Shown here piece after piece: positions 62,505-64,000 of a stretch of 64,000 nucleotides of DNA. The notes below the pieces were generated by a model. The model ran no database searches and had not been told where the DNA came from. It saw only the letters and a list, made by a program, of their open reading frames with translations. The stretch is from Centroscyllium fabricii. Its lineage: Eukaryota. The position numbers were made by a program, and so were the translations under genes. Where the stretch lies: the NCBI GenBank assembly GCA_051313645.2, contig JBNRSN020000004.1:258912001-258976000 (forward strand). The letters are read 5' to 3'. How positions within the stretch are numbered: the first letter of the stretch is position 1; each line of letters opens with the position of its first letter.

Positions 62505-64000
62505 TCTCAAACTGCTGTTGCAACTGCAATCAGACCATTCAAGGGGCCTCAGGTGGACCCTATCATGGAAGAATCTAGTCCTGATGAGTTCAGTGATGAG
62601 GAGGAGGATGACCCCACTTTAGCAGCCTCTTGGCAATCTAGGAAGAAATGCTTCTTTTGTGGAGACTCTTTCCAACCTAGGAAATTCTGCCCTGCTCGCA
62701 ATGCAATCTGCAGTCATTGCAGTATAAAAGGACACTTTGCAAAAGTTTGCCAATCAAGAGCCTCTACGAGGGCCTATCAAGCTAAGGCCTACCGAGCTGC
62801 CCCAATTAGGGCCTATCAAGATGCTCCAGCTATGACCTATCGAGCTCCCTCCCGAAGAAAGACACCTAGAATTACAGCCTCCCTCTGTGCAACCACACCG
62901 ATTACAGCTGCCTGCCCTCAAAATTTATTTCATGCAGGTACAAAAGTCTCGATTAATGGGCATACCTTTGATGCCTTTATTGACTCAGGAAGTACTGATA
63001 GCTTCATTAGAAAACAGATTGTTGAGAAATTGAAACTACATGTCTTCCCATCGGACCAGGCAATTGCAATGGCTCAGTCATCACTTAATACCAGAATCTC
63101 CGGCTTTTGTATTATTGACATGACACTTAATGGCCGCATGTATCCCTCCACTCAGCAATCAGTGCTCAAGGACTTATGTTGTGATCTTATCCTAGGGCTG
63201 GATTTTCAAAAACAGCATAAAAAACTCATCATTGAGTTCAGCGGATCCAAACCTGGACTTACTATTTCTAATATACCATCTAAATCACCATTTTGTGCAC
63301 TGTCAGCAGCCTCACTTGATGAACCCTCATTATTCGCCAGTATTCCTCCTCAATGCAAACCAATAATAACCAAATCTCGACGCTTCTGTCAGGAAGATCA
63401 GTCTTTCATTGAGACAGAAATCTCTCGTCTTTTAGCAGAGGACATCATCGAACCATGTTTATCGCCCTGGCGGGCTATGCATTGATTGCTCTCAAACCAT
63501 CAATCAATATACTGACCTGGACACCTGCCCATTGACATGCATTGATGACATGGTTAATAAACTGGCTGAATACAAAGTGTTCTCAACCTATGATTTAAAG
63601 AGTGCCTATCATCAGGTATCCCTACGGGTCTCAGATAAGAAGTACACGGCATTTGAGGCTAATGGACGGCTGTATCAATTTTGTTGCCTTCCTTTCGAGG
63701 TCACTAATGGAGTGGCTGTTTTCCAACGGGCAATGGATGGCCTCGTTGAGCAGGAAAACCTAAGCGATACTTTTCCCTACCTTAATAACATTACTGTTGC
63801 AGGCCACGACCAGCAGGAACATGATGCCAACCTCCAAAGATTTAGGGATGCTCTCCATCACCGTAACTTAACTTTAAATGAATCCAAATCTGTGGAGTCG
63901 CAACCGACCATCAACATTCTTGGCTACTGCGTAGGCAATGGTATCATTAAACCAGACCTGGAAAGACTTCACCCGCTCCAGGAGCTCCCTCCACCTAACA

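Larger units (their letters stand above)
59899..64000 (+). mobile_element. Ty3/Gypsy LTR retrotransposon D (related to C; 5' LTR, gag, protease, RT; runs off the window end)
   Basis: LTR TGTTGTAATA...TATTACATCA at 59899-60229 with TATAAA. gag MESLLKPTHLDLDPN from 60307, CFFCG/CSHC knuckles, protease IDSGS and RT DLKSAYHQ. Clear homology to element C. Confidence 0.92.

Noticed and set aside
62031-63485. 484-aa ORF as a novel fusion protein
   Set aside because: It is chance read-through from the antisense of repeat unit 3 into gag/protease. The same frame is closed in units 1 and 2, and upstream gag has stops.

Overview
Vertebrate genomic DNA, most likely a cartilaginous fish (inferred from HE1-type tRNA SINEs sharing a 3' tail with CR1/HER1-like LINEs, and shark-type Penelope repeats). 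The only host gene is a four-exon Iroquois TALE-homeobox gene on the minus strand (CDS 29439->25024, 446 aa, best read as irx1). It lies in a ~26 kb transposon-poor zone containing candidate conserved non-coding elements. Both flanks are dense, nested transposon clusters: four decayed Ty3/Gypsy LTR retrotransposons, three Harbinger/PIF derivatives, several Harbinger-type MITEs, CR1/L2/RTE LINE fragments and SINEs. There is a 500-N assembly gap. The most notable observations are: (1) two related Gypsy elements lack a tRNA PBS and instead carry different but self-complementary LTR/PBS hairpins, suggesting self-priming; (2) a 554-bp LINE-3'-end-like unit is triplicated inside a gag gene, with the 5-bp target site between units; (3) a perfect 96-bp-arm palindrome carries minimal hammerhead ribozymes on both strands; (4) there is a candidate in-frame alternative last exon of irx1. 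All calls were made by eye, with no database searches.
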